Positions 30,959 to 40,244 of a stretch of DNA of 64,000 bases are shown here, piece by piece. The position numbers and the translations under genes are program-made. Every line of letters starts with the position of its first letter. Within the stretch, counting starts at the first letter, position 1. Origin of the DNA: an uncultured Myxococcales bacterium (GTDB lineage Bacteria > Myxococcota_A > Bradymonadia > REDH01); the NCBI GenBank assembly GCA_965367675.1, contig CBDUJZ010000009.1, positions 2,488-66,487 on the forward strand. The letters are read 5' to 3'. The notes below the pieces were generated by a model that saw nothing but the letters and a program-made list of their open reading frames with translations, had not been told where the DNA came from and searched no databases.

Positions 30959-33346
30959 CTATTCGGGCGCCTGGTCGGTCATGACGAACGTCAAGGTGCC
31001 GCCAGCTGTGATGTCGTTGTGTTCGATGAAGGGGGTCTCGAGCGGGACGCCGTTGAGCGACACCGATTCGACGTAGACCGCCTCTGGGCTGTTGTTGACG
31101 GCTTCGATGACGAACGTGCCGTCGGACTGGAACTCGGGGTTGAGCACCCACTCGACGCGGTCGAGCAGCGGGCTGCTGAGCGTGTAGCTCGTGCCGCCGG
31201 GCGCGACGGGATAGAAGCCGGCGGCGGCGAGGACGAACCAAGCGGAGGTGGAGCCAGCGTCGTCGTTCCCAGGCAGTCCGCGCCGTCCCAGGCCGTAGGC
31301 TTCGTCCATCACGCGGCGCGTGGTGGCCTGCGTCAGGTCCGGCCGACCGGCGTGTGCGTACAAGAACGGGATGTGGAAGCTCGGCTGGTTCGTCGGGTCG
31401 TACTGGCCGTTGGAGAAGAACGTGTCGAGCTGGGCGATGAACGCCTCCTCGCCTCCGTGAATGTCGATGAGCGCGGGCACGTCGTGGGGCACGAAGAACT
31501 TAAAGATCCAAGCCGAGGCCTCCACGAAGTCGTTGTCGTCGGAGGTGTCTGTGGGGTCGAAGGGCGTCATCCAGCTGCCGTCGCGCAGTCGGCCGCGCGG
31601 GAAGCCGGTCTCTGAGTCCCAGTTTGCCCGCCAGGACTCCGCGCGGGCCATGTAGGTGGCCGCCAGCTCGGTCTCGCCGAGCGTCTCGGCCATCTGCGCC
31701 AGCGCCCAGTCGGCGTACGCGACCTCCATCGTGATGGACGCGTTCTGCGTGGGGTCGCACTCGCGCGGCACGTAACCCAGGCTCATGTACTCCGGCGGAG
31801 TGCCGAGCCCGAAGTACCCGCACGCGCCGTTCGGCGACGAGTTGCTGTCCTCCTCGGAAGTGCGTCGAACGGCCGCGAGCGCGTCGTCCATGTCGAAGCC
31901 ATCGAAGCCCTTAACCACGGCGTCGGCCACGATCGCGACCTGCGGGTTTCCAGTCATAACGCGCGAATAGCCGCCGGCCGCCCAGGGGCACTTGGGCATC
32001 CACCCGCCGGTGCGGTACGCGTGCAGCATCGAGAACACGACGTCGTCGATGATCTCGGGCTCGGCGATGGTCCGGAACGGGTGGCTGGTGCGGTACGTGT
32101 CCCACAGGCACCAGTCATCCGTGTAGTAACGTCGGCCCTCGGGCAGCGGATACTCCGTGGCGACGCCGTCCCACGCGCTCACAAACATGCCGTCTTCGGA
32201 GTAGTCCGCGGGCTGAAACATGGTGTGGTACAGCGCGGTGTAGAAGCGCCGGAGGTCGTCCTCTTCACCCTCCGCTCGCACGCGGTTCAAGCGCGTATTC
32301 CAGGTGGACTCGGCCTCGGCGCGGGCGTCGTCAAAGTCTACCGGCTGCGCGTCGCGGTGCGCGGCGGCGTTGTCGGTGTCGCGCAAGCTCAGGCCCACGC
32401 GAACGGTGAGTACGTCCACGTCGTCGCCAAACTGCATGCCCGCGTGCACGCGCGCGCCGCTGAACGGCATCGCTTCGGGTTCTCGGCTTCCCTGCCACGC
32501 GCCCGTACCGGTGGGCGCGACGCTCGTCGACATTGCCCAATAGACGGTGAGCTCGCCGGTCCCGGGCTGTCCGGCCAACGTGCCGATGAGCGGGTGGACT
32601 TGGTAGTAGCCGAGGCCGCGCCAGTCGGTGTCGGACACCTCGGTGACTTCGCCGCGCAGGGCCGTGCCGCGGCTCTCTTCGAGGTTCAACTCGAGCGCGC
32701 GTGGGGCGTCGCCCTCAAACGTGTAGCGGTGGACGGCACCCCAACGGCTGGCGGTGACCTCGACGCGCGTCTCGTCCGCGGTGATGGCGTAGTAGCCCGG
32801 CGCGGCCTCCTCAGTGGAGCGGTCGAGCGCCGCCGGCGGCTGCGCGGAGATCTCGTCGAGTGCCACGCGGACGGGGCGGACCAGAACATGACCGTAGCCG
32901 TTCCGCAGGCCGCCGGCGCCCTCAAGGTGCATGTGCGCGATGCCAAAGAACTCATCGTCGTCGTGGTGGTACGCGTCGATGTCGCCGGTGCCGCTGTTGG
33001 TGACGGGGCTTGCCCGCACCACGCCGTGGGGGACCAAGGCGCCGGGGATCACATGGCCGAGCCCTTCGGTGCCCACGAACGGGTCCACGTACTGCGTGAG
33101 CGCCATTTCGGGCGGCGGCTCCCACGTCGACACGTCGTCCGTGTCCGGCATCGCGTCGGCGTCCACTGCCGCCGTGTCACCCGCTGCGGTGTCACTCGCC
33201 ACGTCAGCCGTGACGTCGGCGGTCGGCGTGTCCGCGGCATCGCGCGCGTCCGTCTCCGCCTCTGCGCCGTCGCATCCACTGGCGGCGCCGAGAGCGGCGG
33301 TGAGGAGGGCGAATCGAAGAACAGCGCGAGGAGCGGAGGCGGTCAT
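30959..33346 (-). CDS. GH92-family alpha-mannosidase-like lipoprotein
   Basis: 795 aa with a lipobox (LGAASGC) and an acidic linker. Size and conserved blocks (GGWMPKCPWAAGGYSRVMTGNPQVAIVADAVVKG...GNDDAGSTSAWFVL) match the GH92 alpha-1,2-mannosidase family. Confidence 0.8.
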   Translation of the reverse strand: MTASAPRAVLRFALLTAALGAASGCDGAEAETDARDAADTPTADVTADVASDTAAGDTAAVDADAMPDTDDVSTWEPPPEMALTQYVDPFVGTEGLGHVIPGALVPHGVVRASPVTNSGTGDIDAYHHDDDEFFGIAHMHLEGAGGLRNGYGHVLVRPVRVALDEISAQPPAALDRSTEEAAPGYYAITADETRVEVTASRWGAVHRYTFEGDAPRALELNLEESRGTALRGEVTEVSDTDWRGLGYYQVHPLIGTLAGQPGTGELTVYWAMSTSVAPTGTGAWQGSREPEAMPFSGARVHAGMQFGDDVDVLTVRVGLSLRDTDNAAAHRDAQPVDFDDARAEAESTWNTRLNRVRAEGEEDDLRRFYTALYHTMFQPADYSEDGMFVSAWDGVATEYPLPEGRRYYTDDWCLWDTYRTSHPFRTIAEPEIIDDVVFSMLHAYRTGGWMPKCPWAAGGYSRVMTGNPQVAIVADAVVKGFDGFDMDDALAAVRRTSEEDSNSSPNGACGYFGLGTPPEYMSLGYVPRECDPTQNASITMEVAYADWALAQMAETLGETELAATYMARAESWRANWDSETGFPRGRLRDGSWMTPFDPTDTSDDNDFVEASAWIFKFFVPHDVPALIDIHGGEEAFIAQLDTFFSNGQYDPTNQPSFHIPFLYAHAGRPDLTQATTRRVMDEAYGLGRRGLPGNDDAGSTSAWFVLAAAGFYPVAPGGTSYTLSSPLLDRVEWVLNPEFQSDGTFVIEAVNNSPEAVYVESVSLNGVPLETPFIEHNDITAGGTLTFVMTDQAPE

Positions 33347-34470
33347 GGCGTAGGCGTTGGGCGGGTGAGTAAGGGGCGGACGGCGTCAGCGATCGCGTCG
33401 CCGATGATGCGATGTCCAAGCGGGTTCGGGTGCGCCAGATCATGCTTCTGTTCCGGCTTCTGAATCTCGATGGCTTCCATGCCGGCGAAGGCGTCCGCGA
33501 CCCGAATGGCGGGCAATCCAGCGGCCTGCGCGGTGTTCACAACCTGGTCGTAAATCGCCGTGCAGTGCGGGTGGTCGAATCTCTCCACGATGGGGAGGAC
33601 GGCGACCAACGTTTGGAATCCGTGGATCTGCTGCAGCAGCGCGAGGCGCTCGAACGAGTTCTGGACGATGATGCCGTAGGTGTACGTCTCAAAGAACGGC
33701 GCGAACGCGCTGCAGAAGCCCTCGCCGCGTGCGAGCGCGATGAGTGGAATGAAGCGGAACGCAAAGTGGCTGTTGCCGATGCGCCCGCGGCCGCCGTTCT
33801 GGAACGACGCGGCGGTGAGCATGAACGCGACCACCACCACGTCCGGTTCGTACGCGAGCCCGACCTGCTCCAAGAACCGCACCTGCTGCAGTGTGCTGAA
33901 GCCCTCGCAGGACACGTTCACGACTTCGACGCGCTTGCCGGGAACGGCGGTCTGTAGCTGTCGCTCCATCTGGCGGAAGAACCGCTCTTCGAAGGGGATG
34001 GCGTTGTCGTTGGCGATGGAGCCCGTGAGCACGACCACGCGCAGGACGTCCGCCGGCTTGGGCATCTCTCGCTGCACGTCGAGCAGGCCGTCGGGCGTGA
34101 CGACCACGCCGTCGCTGTCGAAGCCTGGTGCGTAGTGGTAGCGCAGGATGGGGTCGTCGACCTGAACCACGCGGCTGCTGGTGTCCGAGAACACGCCGGA
34201 CCGGAGTTCGAGCAGCAGGACGGCGACCACAAACACCAGCGCGACGACACGCAGCACGGCTCTCAACCGCGCCCAGGGAAGGGGCATGGTGAGCGCGAAG
34301 GTGGCGATAAGGCCGATGCTCAGCCAGCGGAACGGGTCCGGCAGGAAGAACTCAGGGTCGGTGAACGCGCGGGCGATGATCTCGGTGGCGCCGAGGACGA
34401 TCAGCAGGGCGATGAACATGGGCGCGGAGAGCGTCCACGCTTTGCTGGGCGTCGAACGGTCGCTGGTCAT
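33343..34470 (-). CDS. Membrane-anchored SGNH/GDSL-family hydrolase
   Basis: Two or three N-terminal transmembrane helices, then an SGNH-like domain (VVVLTGSIANDN block; DLAHPNPLGHRIIGDAIA C-terminal block). ATGA overlap with GH92. Confidence 0.7.
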   Translation of the reverse strand: MTSDRSTPSKAWTLSAPMFIALLIVLGATEIIARAFTDPEFFLPDPFRWLSIGLIATFALTMPLPWARLRAVLRVVALVFVVAVLLLELRSGVFSDTSSRVVQVDDPILRYHYAPGFDSDGVVVTPDGLLDVQREMPKPADVLRVVVLTGSIANDNAIPFEERFFRQMERQLQTAVPGKRVEVVNVSCEGFSTLQQVRFLEQVGLAYEPDVVVVAFMLTAASFQNGGRGRIGNSHFAFRFIPLIALARGEGFCSAFAPFFETYTYGIIVQNSFERLALLQQIHGFQTLVAVLPIVERFDHPHCTAIYDQVVNTAQAAGLPAIRVADAFAGMEAIEIQKPEQKHDLAHPNPLGHRIIGDAIADAVRPLLTRPTPTP

Positions 34471-34519
34471 TGCTTCCCTTATAGGTCACTTCTGTTGGCG
34501 CCGCGTCGTCGCGGTCAGC

Positions 34520-34711
34520 CTAGAACAGCGAGTAGACGAAGGGTGCAAGTGGGGCAATCGTGTTGATGACCCAGAGCAGCGCTGCGAGCAGCAGGAGCAC
34601 GCCGAACACGGGGATGAGGACACCCAGCTTGTGATGCAGCAGGACCGAGAAGGTCCGCGTGATGGTGTGGTAGACGGTGCTGATGCCTGAGAATTTGGGG
34701 CGGCCGCTCAT
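34520..34711 (-). CDS. DUF5989-family small membrane protein (SxtK-like)
   Basis: 63 aa, MSGRPKFSGISTVYHTITRTFSVLLHHKLGVLIPVFGVLLLLAALLWVI... Its ATG overlaps the carbamoyltransferase stop (ATGA). Confidence 0.6.
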   Translation of the reverse strand: MSGRPKFSGISTVYHTITRTFSVLLHHKLGVLIPVFGVLLLLAALLWVINTIAPLAPFVYSLF

Positions 34712-36525
34712 TGTTTCCACACGATGGTATTGTTGAGCACGAGCGCGTCCATCGCGGTCCGGGCGTACATGGAGAGCGCCTCGACCGGGGTAGAGACGAT
34801 CGGGTATCCGCTCGGGTTGAACGATGTGTTGACGATAACCTCGAGGCCCGTGTGCTTGCCGACCGCTTCGATGAGCGCGTGGTAGCGGGGGTTGTCCGCG
34901 GGGAACACGACCTGGGGTCGGGTGGTGCCATCGTAGTGGATGGCAGCGCGGACCTTGTCGCGGACTTCGGGCTTCACCGGCACGGCGTACTGCATCCAAC
35001 GCTGGAAGCGCAGGTGGTCCGCAGGGACGTCGAGTGCGTTGTGCGCGTCTTTCTCGGTGATCGAGAAGGCGTAGGGTCGGAAGAGGGCGCGGTCCTTAAC
35101 GGCCTTGCTGAGCTTGTTGGCGAGCTCAAGGTCGTCGGGGCGAATGAGGATGGAGCGGTTGCCGAGCGCGCGCGGGCCGATCTCGGCGCGTCCTTGGTAC
35201 CAGCCGATGATTTGGCCAGCGGCGATGCGCTCGGCGACTTCGGCGACGAGCGCTTCGTCGGACTCGAACTTCTTATGCTCCCACTTGATCCCGGGACCTT
35301 GCTCGTGGCCTCGCTTGAGGTACTCGAGGCTGTGGTCGGGATCGATGAACGGGAGCATCTCGATGGTCTCGTCCTCGCTGAACTCGGCGCCCATGTACGC
35401 GGGGTAGCGCATGACTTCGGGCGCGCAGTCGCTGTGGGTGGCGGCGTACACGAGGGCGGTGCCCACGCTGGTGCCGCCGTCGCCGGGATCGGGCGGGATG
35501 TACATGTTCTTGTACAGGCCGGACGCCAGGATTTTGTAGTTCGCGACGCAGTTCAGGCTCACGCCGCCGGCGTAGCAGAGGTTCTCGGAGTCGACTTTGC
35601 TGCGCAGCTGCTCGGTGAGCTGAACGATGCGTTCTTCGAGGACCACCTGGATGCTGGCGGCGACGTCGGCGTAGCGCTGCGACTCGGCGTCGAAGGTCTG
35701 CTCGCCGTCGAACAGGGAGCTGTGCGGCAGCTTGGTGTTGATCTGTCGCGCGGGGCCGAACTCCTTGATGAACTTGTCGGAGACGGCGCCGCTGTAGAAC
35801 TTGGAGAAGTGGAAGTAGTCCTGGTCGACGGAGTACGTGCCGTCCTCGCCTTCTGCGATGATGGCGCGGACCTTGTCGGCGTAGATGGGCTTGCCGAAGC
35901 CGGCGAGCGCCATGGTGCTGGCCTCGCTGTCGTTGGGCGAGAAGCCGAGGTACGCGGTGAACGCGGAGTACACGAGTCCGAGCGAGTTCGGGAACGCGAT
36001 CTCGGACACGCGGCTGACCACGGGCTTGCCGTCGATCCACTCGCCTTTGTAGAGCGCCGAGCAGGCCCAGTCGCCCACGGCGTCGACGACGAGGATGCCG
36101 GCGTCGCTGTAGCCGGAGCCCATGAACGCTTGCACGCCGTGGCTAAAGTGGTGGCTCAGGTAGCTGATCTTCTTGGGGTCGACGTCGAGTCGCGCCGAGA
36201 TGGTGCCGATGGACCAGAGCTTCTTGCCGAGCCACGCCTTCATGGCGTTCACGAACTCTTTGCGAGAGCCGGGGAACGAGGCCAGGGCGGACGTGAGCAC
36301 GCGCGAGAACTTGGCGTGCGGGTCCTCGTGGAACACGATCTGGTCGATATCGGCCGCCGTGATGCCGGCCTGCGCGAGGCAGAACTCGACCGAGTACGCG
36401 GGGAAGTTCGCGTCGTGCTTTTGGCGCGTGAATCGCTCTTCTGCCGAGGCAGCCGCGACGCGTCCGTCGATGACCAAACACGCGGAGGCGTCGTGGTAGC
36501 CGTAGGAGAGACCGAGTACTTTCAT
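34708..36525 (-). CDS. NodU/CmcH-family carbamoyltransferase
   Basis: N-terminal MKVLGLSYGYHDASACLVIDGRVAAASAEERFTRQKHDANFP (YrdC/Kae1-like carbamoyltransferase fold) and a C-terminal domain. Its ATG overlaps the upstream ferritin-like gene stop (ATGA). Confidence 0.9.
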   Translation of the reverse strand: MKVLGLSYGYHDASACLVIDGRVAAASAEERFTRQKHDANFPAYSVEFCLAQAGITAADIDQIVFHEDPHAKFSRVLTSALASFPGSRKEFVNAMKAWLGKKLWSIGTISARLDVDPKKISYLSHHFSHGVQAFMGSGYSDAGILVVDAVGDWACSALYKGEWIDGKPVVSRVSEIAFPNSLGLVYSAFTAYLGFSPNDSEASTMALAGFGKPIYADKVRAIIAEGEDGTYSVDQDYFHFSKFYSGAVSDKFIKEFGPARQINTKLPHSSLFDGEQTFDAESQRYADVAASIQVVLEERIVQLTEQLRSKVDSENLCYAGGVSLNCVANYKILASGLYKNMYIPPDPGDGGTSVGTALVYAATHSDCAPEVMRYPAYMGAEFSEDETIEMLPFIDPDHSLEYLKRGHEQGPGIKWEHKKFESDEALVAEVAERIAAGQIIGWYQGRAEIGPRALGNRSILIRPDDLELANKLSKAVKDRALFRPYAFSITEKDAHNALDVPADHLRFQRWMQYAVPVKPEVRDKVRAAIHYDGTTRPQVVFPADNPRYHALIEAVGKHTGLEVIVNTSFNPSGYPIVSTPVEALSMYARTAMDALVLNNTIVWKQ

Positions 36526-37217
36526 GCGGCGAACTGCTTGACGCTGTTGTTGTCGTATTCGACGTATCGGGTTTCCATCCTGCGGCGCGCCGCCAGGAAG
36601 ACCCACGGGGCGAGCACGAAGTAGGCGACGCTGAGCAGCCCGGTCGCGACGGTGTCGACCACCCGCTTTCCGTTGCGCAACCACGCTTCCCAAGCGCGCA
36701 CGATGCGCACGCGGCGATACTCGGATTTCATTTCGTTGGGCTGTGCGCCCAAGTCACGAAGCAGGTGTTCCGTCGAGTCGACGTGGCCCTCTTCGTCTTC
36801 CACGATCTTGGCGAGCGAGCGCTGCAGCGGCTCGTCCCCCAACGAGCTGGCGATGTACGCGAAGCGCTCGGTGGCGTCTTCTTCGCCCACGTGAACGTAC
36901 GCCAGCGCCTTCCAGATCGGGACACCCGCCTTCGCCAAGTCCTCGCGCTCGTACGTCGCCGGCGGGAGCTTGTGGTCCGTGTACAGCTGATAGGTGTACG
37001 CGAACTCTTCGGCGTGCGACTCCTCTTCGAGGCTGTGTGTGAACAGCAGCGCTCGAATCTTCGGGTCGTCGATGCGCGCGATGCTGCGGTGGAGGTGCCA
37101 AACACCGTCCGCCTCAGTCGCCTGGAACCCACGAATCGCCGTCGCTTTCGCGCCCGGCAGCTTCCAGCCCAAACGGACCGCAAAGGTCACGCGAAGCTTC
37201 TCGATCAATCCAGGCAT
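36522..37217 (-). CDS. Ferritin-like di-iron carboxylate protein with a C-terminal transmembrane anchor
   Basis: Four-helix ExxH pattern (E...H, EEESHAEE, E, EDEEGHV) and a C-terminal hydrophobic helix (LLSVAYFVLAPWVFLAA). First gene of the coupled operon. Confidence 0.65.
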   Translation of the reverse strand: MPGLIEKLRVTFAVRLGWKLPGAKATAIRGFQATEADGVWHLHRSIARIDDPKIRALLFTHSLEEESHAEEFAYTYQLYTDHKLPPATYEREDLAKAGVPIWKALAYVHVGEEDATERFAYIASSLGDEPLQRSLAKIVEDEEGHVDSTEHLLRDLGAQPNEMKSEYRRVRIVRAWEAWLRNGKRVVDTVATGLLSVAYFVLAPWVFLAARRRMETRYVEYDNNSVKQFAA

Positions 37218-37248
37218 ATGCGTTGCAACTCGTTTGGTGGGGGGACCA

Positions 37249-37270
37249 GTACGGTACGCGAATACCGTAC
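37249..37270. promoter_or_regulatory. Inverted repeat GTACGGTA-N6-TACCGTAC, with ACACCGGTGT palindrome at about 37275-37284
   Basis: Sits 32 bp upstream of the ferritin-like gene start, in the divergent region shared with the CopZ-like gene. Confidence 0.3.
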
Positions 37271-37453
37271 AACGACACCGGTGTGTGTCAAGTGAGAGTG
37301 GTTTTCATTTGAGCCGATCACGCACGGAATTCGCGCGCTTCAGCGGGTGCGCACGTCGGGGTGGCCTTCCGTTGTCGACCGCGCGTACACACGACCCCTC
37401 CGCGCGACGTTTTGCCGCGCCCGCTTTACTCCGACGCTCACCCGGAACACCCC

Positions 37454-37666
37454 ATGACCTCACCGCTCTCGACCCACCGCTTGACCGTACGCGGCATGAC
37501 CTGCGGCCACTGCGAAGCCTCCGTCCGAACGGCGCTCGAACAGCTCCCTGACGCGTCAGACATCGTCGTCGATCGGCAGCAAGATACCGCGTCTGTCTCC
37601 ACCTCGGCCAGCCTGACCGATGCGGTCGCCGCGGTGAACGCGATCGGTTTCGAGGCCTCGGCCTAG
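37454..37666 (+). CDS. Heavy-metal-associated (HMA) domain protein, CopZ-like copper chaperone
   Basis: 70 aa carrying the GMTCGHC metal-binding motif. Confidence 0.8.
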   Translation: MTSPLSTHRLTVRGMTCGHCEASVRTALEQLPDASDIVVDRQQDTASVSTSASLTDAVAAVNAIGFEASA

Positions 37667-37673
37667 ATCGGCG

Positions 37674-38972
37674 CTAGAGCTTGGGGATGACCTTCGCGAT
37701 CGTTCGCGAGAGGTTGAGCCACCAGAGCGACTCGACGGCGATTAGGGGCTTGCCGTTGTTGAGCAGCGCGACGCTGATGTCACGCTCGGGATCGGCGTAG
37801 ATCAGGATGTTCGTGAACCCGATGTGGCCGAACGCGTCCGGGGTGTCGGGGCCGATGACCGAGCTGTGGTCGCTGCCGAGCATGAAGCCGAGGCCGTAGC
37901 GGAACGGGTACTGCAGGACGCCGTCGTACTCGTGGTAGTTCTGCTCAAGGCGCGCGCGCTTGACGCTGCGCTCGGAGAACACGCGCGTGCCGTTGTATTC
38001 GCCGCCGCGCAGCAGACACTCGAAGTATCGGCCGGCCTCTTCGGCGGTGCCGCAGATGTTGCCGGAGGGGACGACGGAGTGCAGGAACCGGGGGTCGTTC
38101 GCCAGGTTCACGATGGTCTGCATATCGCCGCCGAACGCTTTGCGGACGAGCCGAGACAGGGGGAACACGGCCGGGGGCCCGGTCCATACATCGCGGGCGA
38201 TTTCGCCGATGTCTTCGGGCGGGATGCCGTAGGCGAACGAGCGCATTCCGAGCGGCTGGCGGATGGTCTCGTTGTGGTACGTCTGAATGTCCTTGCCGGT
38301 CACGCGGCGGACGATTTCGCCGAGGATAAAGCCGCCCGTGATGGCGTGGTACGCCAGCTTGCGGCCGGGTACGGAGGCGGGCTCCGCGTTGTACAGATAG
38401 TTGAGCACCGCGGACGCGTCGCCGAGCGCGTCGAGGTCGAAATGCTCGGCGTCGATGAGCGGCAGGCCGGCCCGGTGGTTGAGCACGTGGCGGATGGTGA
38501 TCCGCTCTTTGCCGTTGGCGCCGAACTCGGGGATGTACTCACAGACCGCGTCGTCGATGTGCAGCTTTCCGCACTCGTCGAGGTGGTGGATGAGCATGGC
38601 GGTGACGGACTTGGACGCGGAGAACAGGTTGTAGACCGTGTCCGGCGTGGCGAGGCGGAGCTCGTCGTCGTCGATGCCGGCGGTCGTGTTTCCGCGCGCG
38701 TGGCCGATGGCGCGGTCGAGGACCTTGGCGCCGTTTCGCCGGATGCACAGGCTGACGGAGGGTTGCAGGCCGGTCTTGTAGTACCGAACCGCGGCGTCCC
38801 AGATGGCGTCGATCTGCGCCGTCTCAAGCCCGCCTGCTGAGGCCGGTGCCTCGTCTTCGGCGATGGTGGTGACGTCCTCTGCGGCGAAGACGCGGACACG
38901 ATTGGGGCGAGCGAGTGACGAGATTCGTTGGAACATGTTTCGCTGGCTATCGCAAACGCGAAGCGTCGTCAT
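37674..38972 (-). CDS. Beta-lactamase-family serine hydrolase (class C / esterase-like)
   Basis: SxxK active site (FSASKSV) and YxN-like downstream motifs. Start ATG overlaps the upstream gene stop (TGATG); an ATG 12 codons downstream is an alternative. Confidence 0.8.
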   Translation of the reverse strand: MTTLRVCDSQRNMFQRISSLARPNRVRVFAAEDVTTIAEDEAPASAGGLETAQIDAIWDAAVRYYKTGLQPSVSLCIRRNGAKVLDRAIGHARGNTTAGIDDDELRLATPDTVYNLFSASKSVTAMLIHHLDECGKLHIDDAVCEYIPEFGANGKERITIRHVLNHRAGLPLIDAEHFDLDALGDASAVLNYLYNAEPASVPGRKLAYHAITGGFILGEIVRRVTGKDIQTYHNETIRQPLGMRSFAYGIPPEDIGEIARDVWTGPPAVFPLSRLVRKAFGGDMQTIVNLANDPRFLHSVVPSGNICGTAEEAGRYFECLLRGGEYNGTRVFSERSVKRARLEQNYHEYDGVLQYPFRYGLGFMLGSDHSSVIGPDTPDAFGHIGFTNILIYADPERDISVALLNNGKPLIAVESLWWLNLSRTIAKVIPKL

Positions 38973-40156
38973 CAATTTAGCTCGTTCGAAGTGTGGGAAG
39001 CGGTACGGAGCGTGAGCGCGGTGACTTCGGTGGGGGCGCCGAGTCGCATTGGCGGGCCCCAGGTTGCGCTTCCGCAGCTGACGTAAATCCACGTGCGATC
39101 GCGGTGCTTCGCGAGGCCTTTGGAGTATGGGTTGAAGAAGCCGACGAGCCACGTCCACGGCACGAACTGGCCGCCGTGGGTGTGGCCGGAGAGTTGCAGG
39201 TCGGCGCCAGCGTCGGTGGCGGCGTCGATGAGCGCGGGCTGGTGGGCGAGCAGCAGCCGGAAGTCAGCGTCGGCGGTGTTGGCGAGCGCCGTGGCCGGGT
39301 CGGAGGCGTCGGCGGGTACGAACTGGCCGGCGCTGGTGTCCGAAATTCCGGCGACCACGAGCGTGGCGTCGCCCACCTGCACGCGGTCGTGCTCGTTGGA
39401 GAGCACGCGCAAGCCGAGGCGCTCAACCTCGCGCTCCCACGGCTTGGCGTTGGAGTAGTACTCGTGGTTTCCGGTCACAAAGAAGGCGCCGTCGCGGGCC
39501 TTGAGGCGGGCGATGGGGGCCACTTCGTCGCGCAGCGCGGCCACGCTGCCGTCGACCAAGTCACCGACGAACGCGAACATGTCGGCGTTCAGAGACAGCG
39601 CGATGTCGACGACCTGCTCAAACTCGCGGCGGCGCGTCGGAGCGCCGATGTGGACGTCCGAGAGCATGACGATCCGGTAGCCGTCGAGGTCGGGATGAAG
39701 GTCGGGGACCGGGATGTCGACTTCGATGATCTTCGCCTTGCGCAGGCCTCCGAGGAGGGCGGCTGCGGCGGTTCCGAGGCCGAGCGCGAAGCCGGCGAGC
39801 ACCACCCAGCGGGCATATTCGGGTGTGGAGACCCAGCCGACGATCGCGCTGATCGGGTGCGAGACGAGCACCGCCATGAACACCACGGACGCGCTGCCGG
39901 CGTAGGCAAGTACGGGCGTGCGAAGGCCGCGAACGAGCGGGTGGCCGGCCATGCGCGCGATGAGCACAAAGAGCAGCAAGACCGTTGAGACGAGCAGCGC
40001 GACGGGTACCACGGGGATGGCGAGGTCGGTCCGGTCGAGCGCCCACAGGGCCAGGCCGATCAAATAGAGGTGCGCCGCCGTCCACATCGTCATGATGCCG
40101 GCGATGAACTTGAGCATGCGGCGGATGGGCGGCGCTGCGGAATCGGATTCGGTCAT
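38972..40156 (-). CDS. Membrane-bound calcineurin-like metallophosphoesterase (YkuE-like)
   Basis: Four N-terminal transmembrane helices, then MLSDVHIG...FVGDLVD...TGNHEY...GHTHGGQ phosphoesterase motifs. Confidence 0.85.
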   Translation of the reverse strand: MTESDSAAPPIRRMLKFIAGIMTMWTAAHLYLIGLALWALDRTDLAIPVVPVALLVSTVLLLFVLIARMAGHPLVRGLRTPVLAYAGSASVVFMAVLVSHPISAIVGWVSTPEYARWVVLAGFALGLGTAAAALLGGLRKAKIIEVDIPVPDLHPDLDGYRIVMLSDVHIGAPTRRREFEQVVDIALSLNADMFAFVGDLVDGSVAALRDEVAPIARLKARDGAFFVTGNHEYYSNAKPWEREVERLGLRVLSNEHDRVQVGDATLVVAGISDTSAGQFVPADASDPATALANTADADFRLLLAHQPALIDAATDAGADLQLSGHTHGGQFVPWTWLVGFFNPYSKGLAKHRDRTWIYVSCGSATWGPPMRLGAPTEVTALTLRTASHTSNELN

Positions 40157-40244
40157 TGGCGCTCGGTGAGGGCGTGGCGGTCAGGCCTGCGTGGGAAACG
40201 TGTGGTAGCGGATTTGCGTCCGGCTGCGCGGCCGCGGGAGCGGG

